From: Slackia heliotrinireducens
GTDB taxonomy: Bacteria > Actinomycetota > Aquicultoria > DYIV01
NCBI GenBank assembly: GCA_020723435.1
Contig: DYIV01000001.1
Span: forward strand, 1-60,261
DNA: 60,261 bases
Direction: 5' to 3'
Part shown: one piece after another, positions 15,755 to 28,452 of the stretch
Layout of the letters: every line of letters starts with the position of its first letter
Numbering within the stretch: position 1 is the first letter of the stretch
Position numbers and translations under genes: made by a program
The notes under the pieces: model-generated
What the model was told of the DNA's origin: nothing
Databases searched by the model: none
The model's input: only the letters and a program-made list of their open reading frames with translations

Positions 15755-16941
15755 ACCAGCTTGCGCAGAATCTCGATCGCCCGCTTGCGCTGCGCGTCCT
15801 TGGCGGTCCCGAACGTCATCGGATCGGCCGGACCTTTGTCGACTACGTCCGGCTTGATGCCGCTCTTTGCGATCAGACGCCCCTTAGGCGTGTAGTAATG
15901 CGCCGTGGTGATCTTGATCGCGCCGCCGTTCTCCAGGTCCTCAATCGTCTGGACGCTCGCCTTGCCGAACGTCTTCGTCCCGACGACAAGACCACGCTTG
16001 TTGTCCTGGACGGCGCCGGCGAAGATCTCGGAGGCGCTGGCGCTGTTGCCGTTGACGAGAACGACGAGCTTCATCTTCGAGTGATACTCGTTGTCGATCG
16101 CGCTCATCGTCTCGGACCGGCCGTCGCGGCCCTTGATGCTGACGACTGTTCCTCTGGGGATGAAGACCGACGCCACCTCGACCGCGGCCTCGACCAGCCC
16201 GCCCGGGTTGTCACGAAGGTCGACGATCACTCCCTTGACGTGCTTCTTGCGCTCAAGGTCCATGATCGCCTTCTCGAAGTCGACCCCTGTCGCCGGTGAG
16301 AAGCTGCGCAGGGACACATAGCCCAGACCAGGTCCGACGACCGATGAGGTGATTGTCGGCACGCTGATGGTGGCCCGCACGATTGAGTAGACCTTCGGCT
16401 TCGCCAGACCCGTGCGGCTGATCCCCAGGCGCACAGTCGTCCCCTTGGGACCTCTGATCTTCTCGGACGCGGCGGCCAGAGACATTCTCGCCGTCGGCGT
16501 GCCGTCGATACTGACGATGAGATCGCCCGGGCGAAGTCCGGCCCTGGCCGCGGGCGTCTTGGGTATCGGCCGAACGACCGTGACCTTTCCTTTGCGCATG
16601 CCGAGCGTGATACCCACGCCGGAGAATTCGCCCAGCATGTGCGCTCTAAAGGCGGTCATCTTGCTTGGCGCTACGTATTCGCTGTAGGGGTCTTTCAGCG
16701 ACTCGACCATGCCGTCCAGCGCGCCGTCGGTCAGCTTGGCGTCGCTGACCTTGTCGACGTACTGCTGCATGATGATGTTGCGCGCCTCTTCAAGGACCTG
16801 CAGGCCTTTGGGCGTGCCGATGATCGGGATCGCCCCGGCCTTGCCCACCGTATGGCCGTAGACAAAGCCGCCGACAAACGCCCCGGCGATCAGGGCGAGC
16901 ACGACGAGAGACGTGAGAGCGTACGCTATCTTCCTGGACAT
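15748..16941 (-). CDS. ctpA: carboxyl-terminal processing protease (S41 family)
   Basis: It has an N-terminal TM helix, a PDZ region (GDLIVSIDG) and S41 catalytic blocks (RDNPGGL...; NGNSASASEIFAGA..D...G.L.G..TFGKAS). Confidence 0.9.
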   Translation of the reverse strand: MSRKIAYALTSLVVLALIAGAFVGGFVYGHTVGKAGAIPIIGTPKGLQVLEEARNIIMQQYVDKVSDAKLTDGALDGMVESLKDPYSEYVAPSKMTAFRAHMLGEFSGVGITLGMRKGKVTVVRPIPKTPAARAGLRPGDLIVSIDGTPTARMSLAAASEKIRGPKGTTVRLGISRTGLAKPKVYSIVRATISVPTITSSVVGPGLGYVSLRSFSPATGVDFEKAIMDLERKKHVKGVIVDLRDNPGGLVEAAVEVASVFIPRGTVVSIKGRDGRSETMSAIDNEYHSKMKLVVLVNGNSASASEIFAGAVQDNKRGLVVGTKTFGKASVQTIEDLENGGAIKITTAHYYTPKGRLIAKSGIKPDVVDKGPADPMTFGTAKDAQRKRAIEILRKLVK

Positions 16942-16962
16942 GAGACTCCTAGCGACGGTGAT

Positions 16963-17868
16963 CTAGACCTTGAGGAATCGCCTCAGCGCAACTCCGCTGC
17001 CGGCCAGGCCGACGATAGTGCCGGCCGCGGCCAGGACCGCCACGAGGCGAATGAAGGCCGTTTGCGTAAACGCGATGGGCAAGAACCGCAGGACTTCCTT
17101 GAGCTGCGGGAAGACTACCGACCTGCCGACAGCCAGAAGTGTCACGGCCAGCGCGGCGCCGATCAATCCTTGCAGGATTCCCTCGAGCATGAAGGGCCAA
17201 CGAATGAACCAGTTCGACGCGCCGACCAGCCGCATGATGGCGATCTCCTTGCGCCTGGCGAAGATGGCGAGCCTGATGGTGTTGGCGATAAGAACCAGCG
17301 AGGCGAATCCGAGCAGGCCGAGCATCACGATGATTGAGGCGTTCATGATCTGACGGATCGCGATGAGCTTGTCCAACACGTCCTTGCCCGATTTGATGTC
17401 CTTGTCGGTGTCGGCAACGAGCGTCGACAGATTCTGCTCCTTCTTGATCCTGGTGACGACGACGCTGACGTGGCGCGGATCCTTCACCCAGATCTCCAGC
17501 GAGGCCGGCAAGGGATTGCCCGTTATCTGCTTGAGCATCTCCGGATCGTCCTTCAGGTCCTCCTTGAGCCGATCCAGCGCCTCCTGCTTCGAGACGTAGT
17601 GCAGCTCCCGAACCTCCGACCATCCAATGATGGCGTCCTGCAACACCTTGATGTCGGCGGGCGGAGCGGTGTCCTTGAGGAAGACGTCGATCTTCACCTT
17701 CGACTCGACGCTTCTCATCATGTCGTTGACGACCGACGCCCCAATAGTCGAGACACCCAGAAGGAAGAGCGATATTGCGATCGTGGAGATGGCCGCCAGG
17801 CTCATCACCCAGTTCTTGCGGAAGCTGTCGAGCGCCTCGCGCGAGTAGTAGACCAGGTTAATCCTCAT
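16963..17868 (-). CDS. ftsX: cell-division ABC transporter permease FtsX
   Basis: 301 aa with four TM segments and the typical large first periplasmic loop. It overlaps ftsE by 11 nt. Confidence 0.9.
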   Translation of the reverse strand: MRINLVYYSREALDSFRKNWVMSLAAISTIAISLFLLGVSTIGASVVNDMMRSVESKVKIDVFLKDTAPPADIKVLQDAIIGWSEVRELHYVSKQEALDRLKEDLKDDPEMLKQITGNPLPASLEIWVKDPRHVSVVVTRIKKEQNLSTLVADTDKDIKSGKDVLDKLIAIRQIMNASIIVMLGLLGFASLVLIANTIRLAIFARRKEIAIMRLVGASNWFIRWPFMLEGILQGLIGAALAVTLLAVGRSVVFPQLKEVLRFLPIAFTQTAFIRLVAVLAAAGTIVGLAGSGVALRRFLKV

Positions 17869-18544
17869 AGCCGTACACCCCTCGCTGCTGGTCGCGCACG
17901 ACCTTGCCGGTTTCCAGAGCGATGACGCGCTTGCGCATCGAGTCGACCATCTCGCGGTCGTGCGTCGCGACCAGGACCGTCGTGCCGGTGCGGTTGATCC
18001 TGTTCAGAAGAGACATGATGCCCAGGGACGTGCCGGGATCGAGGTTTCCGGTGGGCTCGTCAGCCAGCAGTAGCGGCGGCCGATTGACGAAGGCCCTGGC
18101 GATCGATACACGCTGCTGCTCACCGCCGGAGAGCTCGTCCGGGTAGCTGTTGAACTTGTCTCCCAGACCGACCAGACGCAGCACCTCGGGCACCTGTGTC
18201 TCGATGACGTGGCGCGAGCGGCCGATGACCTCCAGCGCGAAGGCGACGTTCTCGTAGGACGTCTTGTTCGGCAGGAGCTTGAAGTCCTGGAAGACGCATC
18301 CGATGTTGCGACGCAGATGCGGAACTTTCCAGCTTCGCAGGTGGACGACATCCTTGCCCGCGACGAAGATGTCCCCCCGAGTGGGAAGAAGCTCTCTTAG
18401 CAGCAGACGGATGAATGTCGACTTGCCGGAGCCGGACGGTCCGACGAGAAAAACGAACTCTCCCTTTTCGATGGCCACATTGACGTCTTTGAGCGCTGGT
18501 TTATCTTGAGCGTAGATTTTTGTGACGTGTGTCATTTTGACCAT
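17858..18544 (-). CDS. ftsE: cell-division ATP-binding protein FtsE
   Basis: Walker [10 protein letters not shown], signature LSGGEQQRV, Walker [13 protein letters not shown]. The start is taken at ATG 18544 behind GGGAGTGGTG. Confidence 0.9.
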   Translation of the reverse strand: MVKMTHVTKIYAQDKPALKDVNVAIEKGEFVFLVGPSGSGKSTFIRLLLRELLPTRGDIFVAGKDVVHLRSWKVPHLRRNIGCVFQDFKLLPNKTSYENVAFALEVIGRSRHVIETQVPEVLRLVGLGDKFNSYPDELSGGEQQRVSIARAFVNRPPLLLADEPTGNLDPGTSLGIMSLLNRINRTGTTVLVATHDREMVDSMRKRVIALETGKVVRDQQRGVYGYED

Positions 18545-18633
18545 GTTGTGCACCACTCCCAAAGATGGGATGTTATCAGATGCTTCTGTGCCGGGCAAAG
18601 ACTGGCCGCGTGCCCTGCAGGGCAAGCCGCGGG

Positions 18634-19569
18634 CTAATCCAGCAACTTCCGCGCCGCTTCGGCGATGTTGGCCGGAGTCAGGCCGTACTCGATCAGCAAT
18701 TCGTCGGCCGGCCCCGAGGTCCCGAACATGTCGCGGACTCCGACCCGTAGCATCGGCGTTGGCAGCTGCTCCGACAGCACTTCGGCGATCGCTCCTCCGA
18801 GCCCTCCCTGGATGGTGTGCTCCTCGGCCGTCACGACGTGCCCGGTCTTGGCAGCCGAGGCCACGAGCGCCTCCGCATCGATCGGCTTGACGCTGGAAAC
18901 GTTGATGACTTCGGCGCTGACGCCGTCCGCGGCGAGGAGGTCGCGGGCCCGAAGCGCCACCTCGACCATGATGCCGCAGGCCGCGATGGTGACGTCGCCG
19001 CCCTCGGCCACGACGTCGGCCTTGCCGAGATCGAAGGTGTGTGACTCGTCGTAGACGACCGGCACGGCGGCTCTGCCCAGCCGCACGAAGACGGGACCAT
19101 CGATGTCAGCCGCGGCGCGCAGCGCCGCCGCCGCCTCGTAGTAGTCGGCCGGCACGATCACGCGCATGTTCGGCAGCGACCGCATCAGCGCGATGTCCTC
19201 CAGAGCCTGATGGGACGCCCCGTCGGGGCCGACGGTCAGTCCCGCGTGAGTGGGACATATCTTCACGTTCAGGTTGCCGTAGCAGACGGTGTTGCGAATC
19301 TGATCGAAGGCCCGGCCGGTCGCGAAGACCGCGAACGAACCCGTGTAGGCGATCTTTCCGCTGGCCGCCAGCCCCGCCGCAACGCCGATCATGTTCTGCT
19401 CGGCGACGCCGACGTTGAAGAAGCGATCGGGGAACTCCGCACCGAACTTGGCGGTTGTCGTGGAGGAGGCGAGGTCGGCGTCGAGCGCCACGACGTCGCG
19501 GCCGGCCTTCGCCAGCTCGATCAGGACCGCGCCGTATGCTTCTCTGGTTGCTCGCTTCTCAGCCATCAA
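18634..19569 (-). CDS. transketolase, C-terminal (pyrimidine-binding) subunit
   Basis: 311 aa. REAYG..L.ELA....VV.LDADL..ST....F...[22 protein letters not shown] is the split-type Tkt subunit B. Confidence 0.9.
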   Translation of the reverse strand: MMAEKRATREAYGAVLIELAKAGRDVVALDADLASSTTTAKFGAEFPDRFFNVGVAEQNMIGVAAGLAASGKIAYTGSFAVFATGRAFDQIRNTVCYGNLNVKICPTHAGLTVGPDGASHQALEDIALMRSLPNMRVIVPADYYEAAAALRAAADIDGPVFVRLGRAAVPVVYDESHTFDLGKADVVAEGGDVTIAACGIMVEVALRARDLLAADGVSAEVINVSSVKPIDAEALVASAAKTGHVVTAEEHTIQGGLGGAIAEVLSEQLPTPMLRVGVRDMFGTSGPADELLIEYGLTPANIAEAARKLLD

Positions 19570-19572
19570 TAC

Positions 19573-19590
19573 GGGGACACCACACCTATT
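19573..19590 (-). repeat. copy of the dispersed motif GGGGACACCACACCTATT (functional sense likely minus: AATAGGTGTGGTGTCCCC)
   Basis: Exact 18-nt match to the arms at 15669-15686 and 15730-15747 and to 54187-54204. It lies in the 29-nt spacer between the two transketolase subunit genes. Confidence 0.8.
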
Positions 19591-19598
19591 CCGTCGTC

Positions 19599-20450
19599 TT
19601 ATTCCGTCGCCAGCTCCTCGAGAGCCTGCTTCATCTGCTCCTCGCTTGGCGCCTTGCCGTGAAAGCCGACCTGGTTCTCCATGAACGAGACGCCCTTGCC
19701 CTTGACGGTCCGGGCGACGATCATCGTCGGCTTGTTCTTCGTCCTCTTCGCCTCATCGAAGGCGGCAAGTATCTGCACGAAGTCGTGTCCGTCTATCTTC
19801 ACCACGTGCCAGCCGAAGGAGCGCCACTTCTCGCTGGGGCAGTCGATCGACATGACATCCTCCAGGCGTCCGTCGATCTGCAGGCCGTTGAAGTCGAGCA
19901 CGCAGGTGAGATTGTCGAGCTTGTAGTGGGCGGCGAACATCGAAGCCTCCCAAATCTCGCCCTCCTGCGCTTCGCCGTCGCCGATCATCGCGTAGACCCG
20001 CCACGGAGCGCGGTCCATGCGACCGGCAAGCGCCATTCCGCACGCGGCGGCCAAGCCTTGCCCCAGACTGCCCGAGCAAATCTCGACGCCGGGCGTCTTG
20101 CACATGTCCGGATGGCCTTGGAGGATACTGCCCAGCTGTCTGAGCGTCCCGAGCGCCTCAACCGGGTAGTAACCTGACTCGGCGAGCGCGGCGTACAGGA
20201 CGGGGGCCGCGTGTCCCTTGCTCAGCACGAATCGGTCGCGGTCGGGCCAGGATGGTTCCTGGGGCCTGTGCTTCATCACGGAGAAGTACAGCGCGGTCAC
20301 GATGTCGGCCGCCGACAGTGAACCTCCCGGATGGCCGGAGCCGGCGATACCTGTCATCTCGATGATGTGGCGCCTGATGCGCCTTGCCTGCGCTTCGAGC
20401 TGGGCAATATCGGTAGTTGTCTGCAAAATGCGGAGTACCCTCACTGCCAA
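19599..20450 (-). CDS. transketolase, N-terminal (TPP-binding) subunit
   Basis: 283 aa with SGHPGGSLS, SKGHAAPVLYA, GSLGQGL and GDGE.QEG.IWEA motifs. Confidence 0.9.
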   Translation of the reverse strand: MAVRVLRILQTTTDIAQLEAQARRIRRHIIEMTGIAGSGHPGGSLSAADIVTALYFSVMKHRPQEPSWPDRDRFVLSKGHAAPVLYAALAESGYYPVEALGTLRQLGSILQGHPDMCKTPGVEICSGSLGQGLAAACGMALAGRMDRAPWRVYAMIGDGEAQEGEIWEASMFAAHYKLDNLTCVLDFNGLQIDGRLEDVMSIDCPSEKWRSFGWHVVKIDGHDFVQILAAFDEAKRTKNKPTMIVARTVKGKGVSFMENQVGFHGKAPSEEQMKQALEELATE

Positions 20451-20558
20451 CGGACCGGTGAATGCTCGCTTATTGTAACCGTTGCCACACTGTCTTCAAG
20501 TGGGCTTCACTGGATTCGCACATTCGCCGAGGCATCACGCGGTCTGTCGGCTGCGCCG

Positions 20559-21233
20559 CTACAGCAGGCTCATTGAGACCAGAATCAGACCGATGCCGAA
20601 GGAGAGGCTGTTGGCTATGACTGAGGTGGCAAGCGCTCGGCGACTGGTCCATCCAAGCGTCCACATGAAGACCCGCCATTCAACGGCCGTCACAGTGGCC
20701 TCAAGCAGCAGAATGAGCGCGATCCTCGAAGGCGAATCCCAGGGTGGCCCAGCACCTGACAGCAAGTAGTCGATCAGTCCAAGTCCTGCTCCGGCCGCGA
20801 GGACAAGGGGCGGATTGGTCAGTGTATTGACGAGTATCCCGGCCAGAGCGGAGCGACCGGGGGATGCCCGTCCGGCGATCGCCACGACGGGCACCTCGAT
20901 GAGGATGGTCAGAATGAGCGGGATGGCGAAGGCAAGCGCCATCGGGAAGACCCAAGATGTCAGCGGCACTTGCCTGAGAAGAGTCTCGGCGGCCTTCGTC
21001 GACCTCTCCTCTTCGGCCTGCCTCGCCTTCGCAATCTCCTTTGCACGCAGCAGCCCCCTGCTCCGACTGGCGTCTCGGGTGGTATCGACACGAGGCGGAG
21101 GCGAAGGCATGACGTCCGCGGCCGCGACCGACGGCGCAAGCACGTATGCGCTTCCGAGTACAGCCAGAAGACCGGCCGTGACCAGCATCCTACGAATCAT
21201 CGCCTGGTCCCTCCTTCGGCTGACCGTCCTCAT
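20559..21233 (-). CDS. hypothetical membrane protein (signal peptide, charged linker, about 4 TM segments)
   Basis: ORF with a signal-like N-terminus (LLAVLGSAYVLAPSVAAADVMPSPPP), a Lys/Glu/Arg-rich linker and a hydrophobic C-terminal half. The real start may be the internal ATG near 21200. Confidence 0.55.
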   Translation of the reverse strand: MRTVSRRRDQAMIRRMLVTAGLLAVLGSAYVLAPSVAAADVMPSPPPRVDTTRDASRSRGLLRAKEIAKARQAEEERSTKAAETLLRQVPLTSWVFPMALAFAIPLILTILIEVPVVAIAGRASPGRSALAGILVNTLTNPPLVLAAGAGLGLIDYLLSGAGPPWDSPSRIALILLLEATVTAVEWRVFMWTLGWTSRRALATSVIANSLSFGIGLILVSMSLL

Positions 21234-21459
21234 CCGCAGCCTGAGCCTGCTTGTGCTCCCGCTTCCGAGCGGCGGCCATGCGTGACAGGGCCCACAGCGA
21301 CAAGCCTGAGACCAGTCCGATCATGATGAAGGCTCCCAGGACGATCCGCGGATCGCCAAGTCCGGGCGCCGGAGACGGATCGACATCGGCGACCGCCGCG
21401 GCCGGCCAGGCAAGCACAAGGAGAATTGAGATTGCACCTATCATCATCGTCCGCTTCAT
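21190..21459 (-). CDS. hypothetical small bitopic protein
   Basis: MKRTMMIGAISILLVLAWPAAAVADVDPSPAPG..., then a TM helix (IVLGAFIMIGLVSGLSLWAL), then a charged tail. The N-terminus is paralogous to that of the downstream gene. Confidence 0.45.
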   Translation of the reverse strand: MKRTMMIGAISILLVLAWPAAAVADVDPSPAPGLGDPRIVLGAFIMIGLVSGLSLWALSRMAAARKREHKQAQAADEDGQPKEGPGDDS

Positions 21460-21510
21460 GGGCTCGCTCCCTTTCGTCGGTCGAATGGCACCCAACAAGT
21501 ACCGCATCAT

Positions 21511-22608
21511 CTATGCCTGCTGTTCCGTTAGTGCCGGAACGTCGCGTGAAGGTTCCCTGGGCCCCGGACGAAGACCGAGCCAAAGAAGCGCGGCCGACGC
21601 ACTCACGCAGATCGCGAGAGAGGTCGCGGAAAGCGGCTGAGTGAGACTCAGCAGCGGTGGCAGGGCGCCCGTCATGAGCGCGAGGCACGTCAGACCGAAT
21701 GCAAACCCCGGGCGTTCGTCCAGGGTGTCTGCCACGGCCACCAGAGTGACCGGCATGGTCATGTTGAAGAGGAGCATGCCTGCCACGCCCGCCGCCGGCG
21801 ACCGCGTGGCGAAGAACAGGAGCGGCAGAGAAGCCACCAGAGCACCGACACCCACGAAGATTCGTCCGTAGCGGTCCGCGAGCACTCCGCCCGCGGCCTT
21901 ACCAAGCACCAGAGCCGTCGTCAATCCCACAAGCAGCCACGGTTGTGTCTTCCATGGCAGCGCAAGCGCGGATCAGACGAACGAGCGCAGCCCGATCACC
22001 GCCAGCACGATCAGAACCACGCCGACCGTTCGGCTGAAACGCGTTTCGTCCGCCGGTTTCACCTGGGGAGTAGGCCCACCCGAGGGAAGCAGTGCGAGCA
22101 CCCCAATGCAGATCGTCAGAACCACAGCGGGCAGCCACGCCAAAGACACCGCGCTACCCAGGGCAATCCCAATCGCAAGCCCTGCCGCTCCCGGTGCCAC
22201 GAAGAAACCCGGCGGTCCAGCCTTTCCCGGTCGAAGACGAAGCGCGACCACGCCTCCGCCGACGTGGAAGGCCGAGTTTGCGACGCCGGCCACCACAATG
22301 GCTGGCCAGAGGCCGCCAGGGAGGAGCACCAGGAGAATCGCGGCCGCCGTCGCGCTGGCGCCGGCAAGAGCGACTCGTTTTCCCACCGCGGCGTCGGTGA
22401 CCGGCCATCCGATCAAGGGCTGAATGGCGAAGGCAGCCAAGTTGTACAGGACTACGGCAGTGAGGGCCAAGGACGCCGGAAGTCGATCAGTCGCCGCCGC
22501 GGCAAAGATGACCGCGGCGCATGAAGCATCGACTGCTGCGTGGGTCAGGCCATACACAGAGATGATCAGCAGATACGAATCGCCAGCGGGAACGCGTGGC
22601 GTCTTCAT
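21511..22608 (-). pseudogene. polytopic (MFS-like) membrane protein interrupted by one in-frame TGA at 21973-21975
   Basis: Track ORFs 21973-22608 and 21511-21930 are in the same frame. Reading through gives ...GLRSFV*SALALPWKTQPWLLVGLTTALVLGKAAGGVLADRYGR..., where G.xxGGxLADRxGR is an MFS motif A-like loop. The whole product is hydrophobic. Confidence 0.55.
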
Positions 22609-22667
22609 ACGTCAAGCGTAGCACGAAGAGGCAGCTCGGTTGGCTGTCTTCATGAGAATCGCACAAC

Positions 22668-23778
22668 CTACTCCCCATCCTTCCCCGCGGCCCACTGGTG
22701 GTAGGCTATGACGAACTCGTCCAGGTCGCCGTCGAGGACGCCCTGCACGTTCCCCTTCTCCCTATCGGTTCGGTGGTCCTTCACCATCTGATAGGGATGC
22801 ATGACGTAGGAGCGAATCTGAGAGCCGAAGCCGATCTGGCTCTTCGTTCCCCGGATCTTCTCCAGCTTCTCCGTCTGCTCTTCCTGCATCCGCTCATAGA
22901 GCCGCGCCCGCAGTATCTCCATCGCCGTCGCCTTGTTCTGCAGCTGCGAACGCTCGTTTTGACACTGCGCGACGATGCCGGTGGGCAGATGCGTGATGCG
23001 CACCGCCGAGTCGGTCACATTGACATGCTGGCCGCCTGCACTGGACGACCTGTACGTGTCGATCCGCAGGTCTTTCGGATCGATCTCGACCTCAACCGTG
23101 TCGCCAAGGATGGGGATGACGTCGACCGAGGCGAATGACGTGTGCCGCCGTTTCTGGAAGTCATAGGGCGAGATGCGCACGAGTCGATGGACTCCCTTCT
23201 CGGCACGCAGGTAGCCGTAGGCGTTCTTGCCGTGCACCGTGAAGACGGCGTTCTTGATGCCCGCCTCCTCCTCCGCCGTGACGTCGTTGAGGTCGGTCTT
23301 CCAGCCACGGCGCTCGCACCAGCGCAAATACATTCGCAGCAGCATCTCGGCCCAGTCCTGCGACTCGAGACCTCCGGCGCCGGGATGGATCGACACGATC
23401 GCGTCGTGCGAGTCGAGCGGATCGGAGAACCACGTGGCGACCTCGAGCGCGTCGGCACGATTCGTCAGATCGGAGAGAGACTCGGCGACCTCACGGTTGA
23501 ATTCCTCGTCCCGCTCGGAGAGGGAGAGCTCGTGGAGAACCTGGACCTCCTCGATGTCCTCGAGGAGCTTTTCGCATGCGGAGATTTCGTCCGTCAGCTC
23601 GCTGATGTTGGCCATAGCCTTCTGAGCGACGAGCTGATCGTCCCAGAAGTCCGGCTTGCCGGCGGCCGCCTGCACCTTGGCCAGCTCGGCTCTCTTGCCG
23701 GCTAAGTCAAAGATAGTCGCAGATCTGATGGATCCGCGCCGATAGTCGCTTGACGTCCTCGCTGTAGTCTTCGATCAA
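22668..23778 (-). CDS. prfB: peptide chain release factor 2, requires programmed +1 frameshift
   Basis: Frame 0 runs from TTG 23776-23778 and encodes (M)IEDYSEDVKRLSARIHQICDYL, then TGA. The +1 frame continues DLAGKRAELAKVQAAAGKPDFWDDQ... through the SPF and GGQ (SAGGQHVN) motifs. Confidence 0.9.
23706..23712 (-). other. prfB: RF2 autoregulatory +1 frameshift site CTT TGA C
   Basis: The minus sense reads GAC TAT CTT TGA CTT AGC at codon 23-24 of prfB, identical to the canonical slippery site. Confidence 0.85.
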
Positions 23779-23812
23779 TCCGCTGTCCCCTCGGCCTGGT
23801 GGCTTTGCCGCC

Positions 23813-26623
<2,811 letters not shown>

Positions 26624-26840
26624 ATCGAAAAGACTACCTTCCTCTCGTGGGAGTAGCGCGGGCAAGCCCGCAGCCGCCAGATGATTCTAGCACGGGACAT
26701 GCCAGGGCGCAGAGGCCAAGGTGCTGCTTTCTCCAGGTAAGTCAAGAATCAGCGGCTGGCCAAGACCCGATCTCCATACTCCGCCCGATGCCCTGCACAG
26801 CGCAGTGTGATGCACGTCGCTACGGGAGGATAGCCGCTTC

Positions 26841-27105
26841 GTGAACACTCGCAAGCTGCTCCAGAAGGCCCTCACGGGTTCAGCAAACGTGCGTTTCAGC
26901 GATGCGACCGTGCTTGCGGAGGCCTTTGGGCTCCGCCTGAGTAGGGTGGCAGGCAGCCATCACATCATGGCCCTCCGCAGATTCCCGAACTGGTCAATCT
27001 GCAGGAGGTGGAGCGAAAGGCAAAGCCTATCAGCTCCGACAGTTGCTCCGGCTTGCTGCGCGGTATGATCTGCAATTACGCGACGACTCGAATCCCAGGC
27101 GATAG
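26841..27105 (+). pseudogene. decayed HicA/YcfA-like toxin gene (at least 2 frameshifts)
   Basis: (V)NTRKLLQKALTGSANVRFSDATVLAEAFGLRLSRVAGSHHIMA is intact. The conserved continuation is split over two other frames (QIPELVNLQEVERKAKP, then YQLRQLLRLAARYDLQLRDD). Confidence 0.5.
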
Positions 27106-27108
27106 GCT

Positions 27109-27297
27109 ATGAAGGACTACCACATCAACGTCTTCTATGGCGACAAGGACGGCAGATACATCGCCGACTCCCCGACCTTGAGGCCTGCTCGGCATTCGGC
27201 GACACGTATGCTGAGGCTCTTGCACACGTTGAGGCGGCCAAGGAGGCGTGGCTAGGGGCTGCCCGCGCGGAGGGCAAGCCGATCCCCGAGCCCGACC
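27109..27297 (+). pseudogene. decayed HicB-like antitoxin gene (single-base frameshift, no proper stop)
   Basis: MKDYHINVFYGDKDGRYIADSP is in frame 1. The conserved DLEACSAFGDTYAEALAHVEAAKEAWLGAARAEGKPIPEP is in frame +1, so one base is apparently lost in the CCCCG run near 27170-27180. Confidence 0.5.
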
Positions 27298-28452
27298 CTA
27301 CGCCGACTCGGTATCCTCACCGTCGGCGGCCCGCACCGGCCCGTCGTCCTCACCGTTCGAGACACGGCCGTTCATCCGCAGCGTCTTGCGAAGACCCTCG
27401 AAGATGCCCATGGCGTTGAGCATGAGGAAGCTCAGAACCGCCAGAATCGCCAGGATCGCGTATTTCAGCGTCGCAGGGGCGAACTTCAAGCTCCATCCGG
27501 CGGCCGCCAGCAGCGCGCTCCAGATGTAGATGACGATGACCGTCTGCGTGTGGGAGAAGCCCTTGTGCAGGAGACGATGATGGATATGGCCCTGGTCGGC
27601 GTGGGTGATGGGCTTGCGGTTCTTGGCGCGCCGCACGATGGCGAAGGCAGCGTCGAAGATGGGAACGCCCATGATGAGGATGGGCACCAGCAGCGCGATG
27701 GCCGCGATCGACTTCATCACGCCCTGAATGGCGATCGCCCCGAGCATGAAACCGAGGAACATGCTGCCCGAGTCGCCCATGAAGATCTTGGCCGGATGGA
27801 AGTTGTGCTTCAGGAAGCCAATGCAGACGGCGACGAAGATCGCGCACAGGGTGGCGGCGGTCGTCTGACCGGTCTGAAGCGCGAAGATGAAGAACGTGAT
27901 CCCGCTGATGGCGCATACCCCGGCGGCCAGGCCGTCGAGGCCATCAATGAAATTGACCGTGTTGGTGAAGCCCAAGACCCAGAAGAGCGTTACCGGAATC
28001 GCCCATATTCCCAGATAGAGGAGGCCGCCCCCGAATGGATTGCCGGCAAACTCCACGCTGACCCCGGAGGCGATCAGCACGGCTCCCGCCGCCAGTTGTC
28101 CCGCCGCCTTGACGATCGGAGCAAGGTTCCACAAGTCGTCGAGAACGCCCACGATGAAGATGATGGTGGCGCCGCCGATGATACCGAGCAATTCCGTGTC
28201 ACGGGTGAGAATGCCCGACTGGACGTGGAGCCAACGCTCGGCCGCGCACTGAAAGGCGAGCGCCGCGGCAAAGCCCGCGAACATCGCGACGCCGCCGAGG
28301 GACGGGACGGGCTGCTCATGCACCTTGCGCTGGTCGGGACGGTCAACCGCGCCGAGGCGCGACGCCACTCGTTCGACGAGGGGAGTCACGAGATAGGTCA
28401 CGGTGATCGCGACCGCGAAGAGGACGACGTACTTGAAGTACGGGCTCATCAC
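27298..28452 (-). CDS. MraY/WecA-family polyprenyl-phosphate N-acetylhexosamine-1-phosphate transferase
   Basis: 384 aa with about 10-11 TM segments. Motifs are DDLW ([10 protein letters not shown]), [10 protein letters not shown] and the FMGDSGS loop, typical of WecA/TagO-like enzymes. Confidence 0.85.
   Translation of the reverse strand: MMSPYFKYVVLFAVAITVTYLVTPLVERVASRLGAVDRPDQRKVHEQPVPSLGGVAMFAGFAAALAFQCAAERWLHVQSGILTRDTELLGIIGGATIIFIVGVLDDLWNLAPIVKAAGQLAAGAVLIASGVSVEFAGNPFGGGLLYLGIWAIPVTLFWVLGFTNTVNFIDGLDGLAAGVCAISGITFFIFALQTGQTTAATLCAIFVAVCIGFLKHNFHPAKIFMGDSGSMFLGFMLGAIAIQGVMKSIAAIALLVPILIMGVPIFDAAFAIVRRAKNRKPITHADQGHIHHRLLHKGFSHTQTVIVIYIWSALLAAAGWSLKFAPATLKYAILAILAVLSFLMLNAMGIFEGLRKTLRMNGRVSNGEDDGPVRAADGEDTESA

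Noticed and set aside
21973-21975. Selenocysteine or genetic-code reassignment as the explanation for the in-frame TGA.
   Set aside because: TGA terminates many well-supported genes in this window, so reassignment is excluded. Sec in a loop of a transporter is implausible, and the nearby stem lacks recognisable bacterial SECIS features. The site is kept only as a pseudogene/read-through finding.
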